Source of the DNA: Myxococcota bacterium | GTDB taxonomy: Bacteria; Myxococcota_A; UBA9160; UBA4427 | Length of the DNA: 64,000 nucleotides | Assembly (NCBI GenBank): GCA_965250285.1 | Contig: OZ252299.1 | Coordinates: 3,200,001 to 3,264,000, forward strand | Reading direction: 5' to 3' | Part shown: one piece after another, positions 49,778-62,840 of the stretch | How positions within the stretch are numbered: the first letter of the stretch is position 1 | Layout of the letters: each line of letters starts with the position of its first letter | Notes under the pieces: generated by a model | Told to the model about the DNA's origin: nothing | What the model saw: only the letters and a program-made list of their open reading frames with translations | The model's database searches: none | Program-made: the position numbers and the translations under genes

Positions 49778-51574
49778 GTGGCGGCCGCTCGCCCCGAAGG
49801 CGAACTCGGCCGCACGCTGCGTCGACTCGACGGCGGCTCGTACAAGGCGTACAGAGATCTGCGCGGGGCCTGGGCGGTCGACGGCGCCACCCTCTTCGTC
49901 GATCGCGTTCAGGGCGACCCGTTCGCGGCCCCGTCTCGTGTGCGTCTGCGCGTGGCGCTCGAAGACGCGGCGATCCCCGGCGAACTCCACGCGAACCGCA
50001 CGCGCGCCGTCGCGCTTCGCGATGCGCTCGCCCGATCGGTGGCCGACGCGATCGCACTGCGCGGCTGGAGCCGTCAGGGCAGCGGCAAGAGCGGCCTGCT
50101 CGAGATCGACGACGGTGCACAGACGGTGCTCGAGCGCAGCGCGGTGGTGCTGGGCGACGACTTCGTCGAAGCGCGCCTCGAGGTCGGCCTGCCCGCCGCC
50201 GGGCGTCGCATTCTCGGCGGCGCCGCCGAGACGCTCCTCTGCGAGACGCTCCCCCACCTCGCCGACTCGGCGCTTCGCTGGGGCGCCCTGCCCCAGGCAT
50301 CGATTCGCCGCTTCGTCGCGTGTGTCGAGAGTCAGGCGCACCTGCGAGATCAGCTCGCGGCGCGCGATCTCGTGGCGTTCGTCGCGAACGGATCGGTGCT
50401 GCCGCGACGCGCGGGCGACAGCGATCAACCGATGCGTGCGGGCGACGCGATCGCGTTCGAGAGCCCGCCGTCGCTCGAGGTCGAGCTCGAGCTGCTGCAC
50501 CCGGTCGACGGCGATGTCGAAGACGGGCCGAGCACGATCCGCGGCATGGGCATCTCGCGCGGCGTCACGTTGATCGTCGGCGGCGGCTATCACGGCAAGT
50601 CGACGCTGCTGCAGGCGCTCGAGTGCGGGGTCTTTCCGCACGTGCCGGGCGATGGCCGCGAGTGGGTCGTATCAGCGCCCGATCTCGTCAAGGTGCGCGC
50701 CGAAGACGGCCGGCCGGTGACCGGCGTCGATCTGCGCGCGTTCATCGACCACCTGCCGGCGCCCGCGAGCGGCGAGCCGCGATCGACCGAGCACTTCACG
50801 ACGCCGGACGCGAGCGGCTCGACGAGCCAGGCGGCGGGGATCATCGAAGCCATCGAATCGGGGGCGACGGGCCTGCTGCTCGACGAAGACACCTGTGCCA
50901 CCAACTTCATGCTGCGCGACGCACGCATGCAGGCGCTCATCGCCGACGGCGACGAGCCGATCACACCGTTTCTCGATCGCGTGCGCGCACTCTTCGAAGA
51001 GCGCGGCATCTCGACCGTGCTCGTCATGGGCGGCAGCGGCGACTACTTCGATGTTGCGGACACCGTGATCGCGATGAAGGCGTACCGGGCGAGTGATGCC
51101 ACCGAGCGGGCGAAAGCAATCGCCCAGTCGGAAGAGACGGGCCGACGGCCGGCCGCCAGCGCGGCGACCGGCTGGGGCTCTGAGCGCAAGCCCCGCGCCG
51201 AGAGCCTCGACGCTCGCAGCGGGCGGCGCGAGACCGCCATCAAGGTGCGCGGGCGCGACGTCATCGCCTGGGGCGAGCGCGAGATCGACCTGCGCGGCGT
51301 GGCCCAGATCGCCGATGCGAGCCAGGCGCGCGCGATGGCCGGGGCACTGCTTCGCATCAGCCAGTCATTGCGCGCGCGCCGGCGCGGCGCGTCGGTCGCC
51401 GACTTGCTCGACGAGGTCGAGTCGCTGGTCGAGCGCGCCGGTCTCGACGCACTCGCGCTCGATCCGCGCGACCGCGACGGCCCACATCCTGGTGCGCTGG
51501 CGCGCCCGCGGCGACACGAGATCGCGGCGGCGCTCGCGCGACTGCGCGACCTCGAGATCGAGCCGGCGAGCTGA
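49778..51574 (+). CDS. Predicted ABC-class ATPase domain protein (soluble, not a transporter)
   Basis: LDG.SYKAY.DL, DRVQGDPFAAPSR, GGGYHGKSTLL, RAEDGR, ASGSTSQAA, LLLDEDTCATNFM.RD. Confidence 0.9.
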   Translation: MAAARPEGELGRTLRRLDGGSYKAYRDLRGAWAVDGATLFVDRVQGDPFAAPSRVRLRVALEDAAIPGELHANRTRAVALRDALARSVADAIALRGWSRQGSGKSGLLEIDDGAQTVLERSAVVLGDDFVEARLEVGLPAAGRRILGGAAETLLCETLPHLADSALRWGALPQASIRRFVACVESQAHLRDQLAARDLVAFVANGSVLPRRAGDSDQPMRAGDAIAFESPPSLEVELELLHPVDGDVEDGPSTIRGMGISRGVTLIVGGGYHGKSTLLQALECGVFPHVPGDGREWVVSAPDLVKVRAEDGRPVTGVDLRAFIDHLPAPASGEPRSTEHFTTPDASGSTSQAAGIIEAIESGATGLLLDEDTCATNFMLRDARMQALIADGDEPITPFLDRVRALFEERGISTVLVMGGSGDYFDVADTVIAMKAYRASDATERAKAIAQSEETGRRPAASAATGWGSERKPRAESLDARSGRRETAIKVRGRDVIAWGEREIDLRGVAQIADASQARAMAGALLRISQSLRARRRGASVADLLDEVESLVERAGLDALALDPRDRDGPHPGALARPRRHEIAAALARLRDLEIEPAS

Positions 51575-51818
51575 CGGTTTCGACCGCCCCTCCCGAGTGA
51601 TGCTGACCAGCGACGCGACTTGTCCGGAGCGAGCAGCGGGCGCGCACTCGACCGGCAGATGGACGGGATTGCCCGCTCACCTCCACGCATTCGAGTTGTT
51701 CGGCGTCGAGGAATGCGAGATGATGAACGCGGACCGCAACGCACCTTACACCGCCGATCCACGCCGCGGGTCGTTCTGCGACCCCCGCTCGTCTCATGCC
51801 GCCACTGGAGACCCGATC

Positions 51819-52385
51819 ATGAAGCGCTCGCTCAAGTACGCCCTTCCCGCCGTCGCCCTCATTGCCCAGGGCATCGATGAGCCCGCCCACGCCGACGACC
51901 TGTTCCTCCAGATCGATCCCGCCGAGGGCGAGTCGGTCACGCAGGGGTACGAGGGCCAGATCGACGTGCTCGCCTGGTCGTGGGCTGCAGAGAACTCGGG
52001 CGACGCCATCGGGATCGGGGGCGGGGGTGGCGGCGGAAAGGCCAACCTCTCGAGCCTCAAGATCATCAAGAGCGTCGACGCGGCCACGCCCGTGCTGGTG
52101 ACGTACGCGACCGAGGGCACCTTCTTCGACGAAGCGATCCTGACGGCGACGCGCCAGACGAGCAAGGGCAATGCGGAGTTCATGAAGATGACGCTCACGA
52201 CAGTGCTCGTCTCGAAGGTGGCTCATGGCGGGCGAGCGGGCGACGGCGACGACGGCGTAGCCGAGACACTCACCCTCGACTACGTGAAGGTCTGCCTCGA
52301 GTACCGCAAGTTCAACACGAAGACGGCGGAGTTCGATCTGTGGCAAGAGTCGTGCTGGGATCGCGCCAAGAACGCCTCCTTCTAG
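51819..52385 (+). CDS. hcp: Hcp (type VI secretion tube protein) homologue with N-terminal signal-peptide-like extension
   Basis: GGAG RBS; D.FLQID..EGES....YEGQIDVLAWSW, GGGGGKA, K.VDAATP.L, G..FDEA.L, E.LTLDY.K..LEY, WD..KN. Confidence 0.85.
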   Translation: MKRSLKYALPAVALIAQGIDEPAHADDLFLQIDPAEGESVTQGYEGQIDVLAWSWAAENSGDAIGIGGGGGGGKANLSSLKIIKSVDAATPVLVTYATEGTFFDEAILTATRQTSKGNAEFMKMTLTTVLVSKVAHGGRAGDGDDGVAETLTLDYVKVCLEYRKFNTKTAEFDLWQESCWDRAKNASF

Positions 52386-52412
52386 ACCGACCGTCCCGAA
52401 ACGGGTTCGTTC

Positions 52413-53384
52413 ATGCTGCGCGCGCTCTGCTCTCGCCCCGTGTTCTCGCGATCGCTCCGTCGATCGCCGATCGGCCTCATCAGCCTCGTCGGTTGCGTGA
52501 GCGTCTTGGCGCTGACGAGCGTGCCCGCTCAGGCGGAGTACGTGCTGGTCAGCGGTGAGACCTGGCGGGCCCACACGCTGGCCGGCGTGATCCTGCTGCC
52601 CTCGGGTTCGGTGTTCGACGTCGAGGCCGAGCAGCTCGCGCTGATCACGACGTCGGTCGAGCCCGCCGACACGATCGTCTTCGACGTGTCGGGCGGAACC
52701 GCGCGACTCGAGAGCGACCCGCCCTCGGTGCTGCTCGACGACGATCCCTTCTTCGCGCCCTTCGCACCCGAGAGCGAAGTGCAGACGCTGACGTCGGCGG
52801 CCGGGCTCTTCGAGCCCGGGCCCTCAGCCGCCGCGGTGGACGCGGCCGGAAGCCTCACCTGGGTCGGCGAGATCACCGCCCCGGCCCCAGCCGGCGGCGG
52901 AGGCGGCGGGGGGCCCACCGACAGCGATGGCGACGGTGTGCCCGACGCGAGTGACAACTGCCCGAACGTCGCCAACGCCTCACAGACCGATACCGACGGC
53001 GACGGCCTCGGGGACGCGTGCGATCTCGACGACGACGACGACGGCGTGCCCGATGCCAGCGACAACTGCCCGACGACGCCGAACCCGTCGCAGGCGAACT
53101 TCGATGGCGACGCGCTCGGCGACGCCTGCGATCCCGACGACGACGGCGACGGCCTGTCGGACGTGCTCGAGATCGGCACCTACGCCACCAACCCGCTCGA
53201 CCCGGACAGCGACGACGACGGCTTCGACGACCTCGAAGAGGTGCAGGCGGGCACCGATCCCAACGACGAGAACTCGTTCCCGAGCCCGCCGGTGCCGGTG
53301 CTCGGCACAGTGGGCGGGCTGCTCGTAGGCGCGGCCCTCGCGACGCTCGGCGCGCGCCGGGCGCGGCGACTCGGCCGACGCTGA
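52413..53384 (+). CDS. Exported thrombospondin type-3 repeat protein with C-terminal sorting/anchor segment
   Basis: Signal ending AQA; DSDGDGVPDASDNCP..Q.D.DGDGLGDACD repeats; TNPLDPDSDDDG; VPVLG, TM helix, RRARRLGRR. Confidence 0.85.
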   Translation: MLRALCSRPVFSRSLRRSPIGLISLVGCVSVLALTSVPAQAEYVLVSGETWRAHTLAGVILLPSGSVFDVEAEQLALITTSVEPADTIVFDVSGGTARLESDPPSVLLDDDPFFAPFAPESEVQTLTSAAGLFEPGPSAAAVDAAGSLTWVGEITAPAPAGGGGGGGPTDSDGDGVPDASDNCPNVANASQTDTDGDGLGDACDLDDDDDGVPDASDNCPTTPNPSQANFDGDALGDACDPDDDGDGLSDVLEIGTYATNPLDPDSDDDGFDDLEEVQAGTDPNDENSFPSPPVPVLGTVGGLLVGAALATLGARRARRLGRR

Positions 53385-53391
53385 TCGGCTC

Positions 53392-54711
53392 TCAGCCCGC
53401 TTCGCCGGGCTTCCTCGCCACGACGATCCAGCTGGCAACGTCTTCGCCAAGCTCCTTGCGCAGCGTAGCCCGTTCGATCTCGAGCACTTCGAGGCCGGCT
53501 TCGGCGAGAACACGCTCGATGTAGAGCCGCGCGTGCGCGAAGCGGCCGCTCGGGCGCAGCTCGTAGCCCGACCCTTCTTCGGGCTCGCACGCCTCGGCCG
53601 AGAACGCGACGACCCCACCGGGCGCGAGCCGCGCAGCAATGCCGCCGAAGACGGCGTCGAGCCGGCCGAGATAGATGAGGACGTCGGCCGACACCATCAC
53701 ATCGAACGCACCCACGTCGCCGCGCAGGTAGTCGCCGAGTTCGGCCACGACGAGCTCGGCGTACACCTCGCGACGCGACGCCTTCTTGAGCATCTCGGGC
53801 GAGAGGTCGACGCCGATCAGCTCCCGCGTGCGCGATGCCAGGAGCGGACCGCAGAGCCCCGTGCCGGCGCCGAGATCGAGACCGCGCAGGTCGCCTCGGT
53901 CGCCCGGCACGTGTCGAAGCGCTGCGTTCACGACCAGCTCGGGCCCGGCGTAGTCGAGCTGCGCGAGCTTCTGATCGAAGGTCTCCGCGAAGTCGTCGAA
54001 CGTACTCGTCACGTACTCGGGCGGGCAGCGCTCGGTGGCCGTGTCGCCTGTCACCGCGGCGATCATGTGCGGGGCGACCGGGTTCTCGGGGTCGAAGTCG
54101 AGCAGCCGCCGAAAGATCATCTCGGCGCGCTCGAGATCGCCGCGAGCGTAGTAGGCGAGGCCGAGCATGCGATACGCCTCGTCGAGCCGCGGGTTGGCCT
54201 CGACGGCTCGGTTGTAGGCACCGATCGCCTTCTCGTGGTTGCCGCTCTGCGCGAATGCGTTGCCCAGATTCAGCTGGGCCGTCGCCCAATCGGGGGCGAC
54301 CTCGGTGGCGACCAGCAGATGGGCGATCGATCCAGCGAGATCCCCCGCGTAGCGCAGCAACACGCCGAGGTTGTTCTGCGCCTCGGCGTGGCTCGCGTCA
54401 ACGGCCACCGCGTTCTCGTACGATCGCCGGGCGTCGTCGCGCTCGCCCAGCTCGACGAGCGCGGTGCCGAGGTTGCAGTGGGCGCCCGCGTACTCGGGCG
54501 CGACCTGCGTCGCGCGCATGATCAGCTGCGCGCCGACCTTCCGGTCACCGAACTGCACGTGCAGCATGCCGAGCAGGTTGAGCGCCGTGGGCTCATCGGC
54601 GTTCGCCTGCAGCACCTGGGCGTAGCCCTGCAGTGCCGCTTCGATGCGACCGTTTCGGTGATGGTCGATGGCTTCTGCGAGCGCGGTGTCGGTTGACGCG
54701 GGAGGAGGCAA
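53392..54711 (-). CDS. TPR repeat protein fused to a class I SAM methyltransferase
   Basis: About 6 TPRs; PPEYV..TFDDFAETFD, LDLGAGTGLCG, GVDLSPEML, ADVLIYLG.L, SGRFAH. Confidence 0.9.
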   Translation of the reverse strand: MPPPASTDTALAEAIDHHRNGRIEAALQGYAQVLQANADEPTALNLLGMLHVQFGDRKVGAQLIMRATQVAPEYAGAHCNLGTALVELGERDDARRSYENAVAVDASHAEAQNNLGVLLRYAGDLAGSIAHLLVATEVAPDWATAQLNLGNAFAQSGNHEKAIGAYNRAVEANPRLDEAYRMLGLAYYARGDLERAEMIFRRLLDFDPENPVAPHMIAAVTGDTATERCPPEYVTSTFDDFAETFDQKLAQLDYAGPELVVNAALRHVPGDRGDLRGLDLGAGTGLCGPLLASRTRELIGVDLSPEMLKKASRREVYAELVVAELGDYLRGDVGAFDVMVSADVLIYLGRLDAVFGGIAARLAPGGVVAFSAEACEPEEGSGYELRPSGRFAHARLYIERVLAEAGLEVLEIERATLRKELGEDVASWIVVARKPGEAG

Positions 54712-54893
54712 CGCGATTCCTGCTTGGGGAGGCCGCGGATCGTACTGCGCACCGCACAGGTTGCCAGCGCTGGGCGCATCGCGCGCCGGGCTCGGTCAGG
54801 GCCCTCCGACCCCGGGCCGAGGCGAGTCGCCGCGCTGGGCGCGCGACGAGGTCGCGGCGACCGGAACGAGCCCGGTCGCCGCGACGAAGCCCC

Positions 54894-55970
54894 CTACCAG
54901 CCGGCCATCTGGGCCTGACGCTCGCGGTGCACCGACGGCGAGCCCAGCCAGGCGCGGTCGAACATCGCGCGCTTGAACCAGATCTGCACGTCGCACTCCC
55001 ACGTGAAGCCGATGCCGCCGTGCGCCTCGACCGCATCACGCGAGATCTGCATCGACCGATCGGTGATGTGCGCCTTGGCGACGGCGGCCACCCGCGCCGC
55101 CTCGTCGTCGACGTGATCCTGCGCGTGCGCGGCGTACCAGAAGAGGCCGCGGCTCGGCTCGTTCGCCAACGCCATGTCGGCCAGCTGATGCTTCAGCCCC
55201 TGGAAGTGGCCGATGGTCACGCCGAACTGCTCGCGCGTCTTCGCGTACTCGACCGAGTCGCGCACGAGGCGGTCGGCTGCGCCGAACGCGTCGGCGGCGA
55301 GCAGCACGAGCGCGATGTCGCGCACCTTGCCCGAAGCCGCTTCGCCGTTCGCCAGCACCTCGGCCGGCGTGTTCGAGAGCGCGAGCTCCGAGAGGCGCCG
55401 GGTGCGGTCGGCTCCGGCCTCTTCCTTGATCTCGATGCCGGCTGCGCTCTTCTCGACGACCGCGAGCCCGCCGCCGGCGAGCCCGACGATGATCAGGTCG
55501 GCCTCGGCGAGATGCGGCACGTGGGCCTTGGTGCCCGAGAGAGCCTCACCCGACGCGACCGTCCACTGATCGGGCTGCCAGGCGCCGCCCGCTTCGGCGA
55601 ACGCCACGGTGCCGATCTTCTCGCCCGCGGCGAGGGCCGGCAGCCACTTCTCCTTCTGGGCATCGCTGCCGCCGAGCAGGATCGCCTGGCTGGCGAGCGC
55701 ATGCCCGAAGAAGGGGCCGGGCGTCGCGTGGAAGCCCAGGGTCTCGGCCGCAACCGCGAGATCGAGGATCTCGAGACCCGCGCCGCCGTACTGCTCGGGC
55801 AGCGCGAGACCGGTCATGCCCATCTCGGCCAGGTTGCCCCAGAGCGCGGGGTCGTGGCCCTCGTCGCCCTCGAAGATCTCGCGCACGCGCGTGATCGGGC
55901 ACTCGTTTTCGAGGAGCTGACCGAGGGTCTCGGCCAGCAGCTGCTGTTCTTCGGTGAGATCGAAATTCAC
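54894..55970 (-). CDS. Acyl-CoA dehydrogenase family protein (short partner subunit)
   Basis: GTG start (M)NFDLTEEQQ overlapping the upstream stop; LPEQYGGAG, REQFG..IG.FQ.LKH.LADM, HGGIGFTWE. Confidence 0.92.
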   Translation of the reverse strand: MNFDLTEEQQLLAETLGQLLENECPITRVREIFEGDEGHDPALWGNLAEMGMTGLALPEQYGGAGLEILDLAVAAETLGFHATPGPFFGHALASQAILLGGSDAQKEKWLPALAAGEKIGTVAFAEAGGAWQPDQWTVASGEALSGTKAHVPHLAEADLIIVGLAGGGLAVVEKSAAGIEIKEEAGADRTRRLSELALSNTPAEVLANGEAASGKVRDIALVLLAADAFGAADRLVRDSVEYAKTREQFGVTIGHFQGLKHQLADMALANEPSRGLFWYAAHAQDHVDDEAARVAAVAKAHITDRSMQISRDAVEAHGGIGFTWECDVQIWFKRAMFDRAWLGSPSVHRERQAQMAGW

Positions 55971-57175
55971 TTCTGCTTGCTCCGATCGGCAGCGGCGTCG
56001 CGGGGCAGCCCGAGGCCGCGCTCGGCGATGACGTTGCGCTGGATGTTGGCGGTGCCGCCTGCGACGGCGATGCCCAGCGACCACATGTACTGACTGATCC
56101 AGGCCGACGAGCCCGAGGGCATCATGCCCGCAGCGCGGTCGCCGCCACCCATCAGGCCGTCGTCTTCGAGCAGGTCGAGGGCGAGCTTCGACATCTCGTG
56201 CCCGAGGTTGGTCGAGTTCAGCTTGTTCATCATCTGGATGATGCCCGGGTTCTCGTCGCGCGCGTTCTTCGTCAGCTGGTAGTAGCCGGCGTACTTGTGC
56301 GCGGCGATGGCGCCCTCGATCTCGGCGAGCTTCTGGCGCACCGCCGGGTTCTCGATGGCCGGGGCACCGTCGCGCGTGCTGTTCTTCGCGAGCCCGACGA
56401 GCCCCTTGAACATCATCTCGCTCTGCTGCGCCGAGCCGATCGAGTTGCGCTCGTGCTTGAGCGTGGTGCGCGAGACGTTCCAGCCCTCGCCGCGCTTGCC
56501 GACGATCCAATCCTTCGGCGTGCGCACGTCGTTGAGGAACACCTCGTTGAAGTCGGCCTGGCCGTCCATCTGCTTGAGCGGACGCACGTCGATGCCGGGC
56601 TGCTTCATGTCGATCAGGATGTACGAGATGCCGGCATGCTTCGACGCGTCGGGCTCGGTGCGCACGAGGCAGAACATGTAGTCGGCCGCCTGGGCGCCGC
56701 TGGTCCAGATCTTCTGGCCGTTGATCACCCACTCGTCGCCGTCGAGCTCGCCCTTCGTCTTGAGCGACGCGAGATCGCTGCCCGAGCCGGGCTCGCTGTA
56801 GCCCTGACACCAGACGGTCTCGCCGTCGATGGTCGACTGGACCCACTTCTCCTTCATCCACTCTTCACCGCGCTCGAGGAGCGTGGGCACGAGCATCATC
56901 GTACCGATGCCGCGCGCCTCCATCGGAGCGCGTACGCGCGTGAACTCTTCGCGGATGATCGCCGCCTTCAGCACGTCGGGCGCCTGCTCGCTGCCGCCGT
57001 ACTGCTTGGGGATGTTGCGGTTCAGATAGCCAGCTTCGGTGGCCTTGCGTCGAAACTGGCGCGCCTGCGCTTCTCGGTTCGCGCCCTCGTCCTTCTTGGG
57101 CGGCCAGTTGTCGTTCAGGAAGCCGGCGACTTCGGTGCGAAAGGCCTCGAGCTCGGGCCCGTATTCGAGATCCAT
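55967..57175 (-). CDS. Acyl-CoA dehydrogenase family protein
   Basis: WCQGYSEPGSGSDLASL, INGQKIWTS, FNEVFL, GGTANIQRNVIAERGLGLPR. Confidence 0.93.
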   Translation of the reverse strand: MDLEYGPELEAFRTEVAGFLNDNWPPKKDEGANREAQARQFRRKATEAGYLNRNIPKQYGGSEQAPDVLKAAIIREEFTRVRAPMEARGIGTMMLVPTLLERGEEWMKEKWVQSTIDGETVWCQGYSEPGSGSDLASLKTKGELDGDEWVINGQKIWTSGAQAADYMFCLVRTEPDASKHAGISYILIDMKQPGIDVRPLKQMDGQADFNEVFLNDVRTPKDWIVGKRGEGWNVSRTTLKHERNSIGSAQQSEMMFKGLVGLAKNSTRDGAPAIENPAVRQKLAEIEGAIAAHKYAGYYQLTKNARDENPGIIQMMNKLNSTNLGHEMSKLALDLLEDDGLMGGGDRAAGMMPSGSSAWISQYMWSLGIAVAGGTANIQRNVIAERGLGLPRDAAADRSKQK

Positions 57176-57389
57176 GGATTGCCCCTGTCTGGGATTCAGT
57201 GATTGGAACAATGATTCCAACCTCCGAGTAGAACGGCAAGCGCTCGAATCTGCACGGGATTCTTTCGTCTGCCTCGACGCCCGCGGGCGTCCGGACCGCT
57301 GACACGCCGCACGGCGCGTGGCACCTTGTGCGGCCCTTCTGACCCATCTCGGCGCGACCCAGCGCCCCCCAACGCCATGGAGTCGTCCG

Positions 57390-58850
57390 TTGAATGCTCC
57401 CTCCGAACTCCGCGTCGCGGTGATCGGCGCCGGTCCGGCCGGCCTCGCCGCCGGTCACGAGCTGCTGGCGCGCGGCTTCACGACGTTCACGATCTTTGAA
57501 GCGACCGACGCCGTCGGCGGCACGTGGCACATCCACACCTACCCGGGGCTCGCCTGCGACGTCTGGGCGCACTCGTACAGCTTCTCGTACCGCCCGAACC
57601 CCGATTGGAGCGCGAGCTTCGTCGAGCAGCCCGAGATCGAAGCGTATCTGCAGCAGTGCGCGAAAGAGTTCGGGCTCGAGCCGCACATCCGGCTGAACAC
57701 GCGCATCGCGAAGGCCCACTATCAGGCGGGCGGGACGTGGCGACTCGAGAGCGATTCGGGCGAACGCTTCGAGTTCGACGTCGTCATCAACGCGATGGGC
57801 AACCAGCACACGCCGCTCTACCCCGACGTGCCGGGCATCGACACGTTCGAAGGCGACCAGTTCCACGCCACGCGCTGGAACCACGACGTCGATCTCACGG
57901 GCAAGCGCGTCGTCGTCGTGGGCTCGGCAGCGAGCGCCGTCCAGGTCGTGCCCGAGATCGCGAAAGAGGTCGGGCATCTCACGGTGCTGCAGCGCACGGC
58001 GAACTGGATCATGCCCCGCGGCCGCAAGCCCTACTCGGCGACGCGGCGCTGGCTCTTCAAGCACTTCCCAGCGACGATCCGCTGGACGAAGAACTTCCAG
58101 CGCTTCCTGATGAGCTTCGTGCACCAGGCCGCCACGATGGGGCACAAGCGCATGGACGACTTCGAGAAGCGCGCGCGCGGCTTCATCGACAAGGCCGTCG
58201 ACGACCCGGTGCTGCGCGAAGCCCTGACTCCCGACAGCCACTACGCCTGCAAGCGCGGCCTCGTGAGCGACGACTTCTACCCGGCCCTCTGCCAGGAGCA
58301 CGTCGAGCTCGTCGCCGAGGGGCTCGCCTCGGTTCGCCCGACCGGCATCACGACCGCGAGCGGTCGTGAGATCGACGTCGACGTGATCGTGTACTGCACG
58401 GGCTACCGCATTCAGGATTTCGATCGCATCGAGGTGACCGGCGAAGACGGCCAGTCGCTGGCCGGTGTGATGGAGAAGGCGCCCGAGTCACACAAGGGCA
58501 TCGCCACGCCCGGGTTCCCCAACTACTTCTTTGCCGTCGGCCCGAACGGCCTGGTGCTGAACGTCTCGTACTTCATCACCGCCGAGCGCAACGTGAAGAG
58601 CATCGTGCGGCGGCTCGAGGAGAAGCAGCGCGCGGGTCTCGGGGCCATCGCGGTCAAACCCGACGTCCACCGCGAGTACAACGACTGGATGGGCGAGCGC
58701 TTCCCGCTCTTCTCGTGGGGGCACGAGAGCTGCAACAGCTACTACCGCGATGCGTCGGGCCGCGCGCCCTTCCTCTTCCCGGGCTCGTTCGACGAGTACG
58801 AGGCCCTGCACGAGGCGGGCGGGCTGCACGAGTACGAAGCGCGTCCCTAG
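57390..58850 (+). CDS. Flavin-containing monooxygenase (Baeyer-Villiger type)
   Basis: GAGPAG, GGTW...TYPGLACD, FEGDQFHATRW (FxGxxxHxxxW), GSAASAVQ, CTGY; TTG start after GGAG. Confidence 0.92.
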   Translation: MNAPSELRVAVIGAGPAGLAAGHELLARGFTTFTIFEATDAVGGTWHIHTYPGLACDVWAHSYSFSYRPNPDWSASFVEQPEIEAYLQQCAKEFGLEPHIRLNTRIAKAHYQAGGTWRLESDSGERFEFDVVINAMGNQHTPLYPDVPGIDTFEGDQFHATRWNHDVDLTGKRVVVVGSAASAVQVVPEIAKEVGHLTVLQRTANWIMPRGRKPYSATRRWLFKHFPATIRWTKNFQRFLMSFVHQAATMGHKRMDDFEKRARGFIDKAVDDPVLREALTPDSHYACKRGLVSDDFYPALCQEHVELVAEGLASVRPTGITTASGREIDVDVIVYCTGYRIQDFDRIEVTGEDGQSLAGVMEKAPESHKGIATPGFPNYFFAVGPNGLVLNVSYFITAERNVKSIVRRLEEKQRAGLGAIAVKPDVHREYNDWMGERFPLFSWGHESCNSYYRDASGRAPFLFPGSFDEYEALHEAGGLHEYEARP

Positions 58851-58889
58851 CGTAGAGGGGCTCCGGCGCGATGGCGCTTCGCTCGACCG

Positions 58890-61988
<3,099 letters not shown>

Positions 61989-62158
61989 GTCCGTCCTCCC
62001 GGTGCAAGCGGGGAAAGCCCTGCACCCGACCACCCGCCGGCGCAGTCCGAGGCCGTGGGCGGCGGAATCATAACGGCCCATCGGCGGGCCTGCGGTCTGA
62101 CTCGAGCCGATTTCACCGCCTTCGTTGGATGGCGGCCGGGCTCGCGTAGATTCACGGC

Positions 62159-62830
62159 ATGCGACTCGGACGCCCCCTGCCCCGCGCCTTCTTCGCTCGC
62201 CCCTGCCTCGACGTCGCGCACGACCTGATCGGCTGCACGCTCGTTCGCCGCACGGCCGCGGGCGCGCGGCTCGCCGGCCGCCTCGTCGAGGTCGAGGCCT
62301 ACCTCGGCGACGGCACCGACCCGGGCTCTCACGCCCACCGAGGAGAGACCCCGCGAAATCGCACCATGTTCGGCCCACCCGGGCACCTGTACGTCTACCT
62401 CTCGTATGGGATGCACGTGTGCGCAAACCTCGTCGCCGAGCCCGAGGGCCGGGCGGGCGGCATCCTGCTGCGCGCCGTCGAGCCGATCCTGGGCATCGAG
62501 GCGATGCAACGCCGGCGCGGCCTCGAGCGCCAGAAGGTCGACCGCCGCCTCGCCGGCGGCCCCGGGCGCCTGGGCCAGGCCTTCGGCATCGAGCTCGCGC
62601 ACGACGGCCTCTCGGCGGTCGCAGGTGAATGGACGGTGCGCGCGCCGGCGGTGGGCGCGGCAGACGGCGTGTCGGTCGAGCGCGACACCCGCATCGGCCT
62701 CACGCACGGCGCCGAGCTGCCCTACCGATTCGTGGCGTCGAAGAGCCCGTGGCTCAGCCGCCCGGTGAGCGGCGGGCGACCCAAAAGCGGCGGAACGAAG
62801 ACGAAGCGGAAGCCCGAGCGGCGGCGATGA
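62159..62830 (+). CDS. mpg: DNA-3-methyladenine glycosylase (AAG/MPG family)
   Basis: VEVEAY.G..DPGSHA, MFGPPGHLYVYLSYGMH.C.N, LLRAVEP, GPGRL.QAFGI, RIGL. Confidence 0.93.
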   Translation: MRLGRPLPRAFFARPCLDVAHDLIGCTLVRRTAAGARLAGRLVEVEAYLGDGTDPGSHAHRGETPRNRTMFGPPGHLYVYLSYGMHVCANLVAEPEGRAGGILLRAVEPILGIEAMQRRRGLERQKVDRRLAGGPGRLGQAFGIELAHDGLSAVAGEWTVRAPAVGAADGVSVERDTRIGLTHGAELPYRFVASKSPWLSRPVSGGRPKSGGTKTKRKPERRR

Positions 62831-62840
62831 TCCCGTCCGG

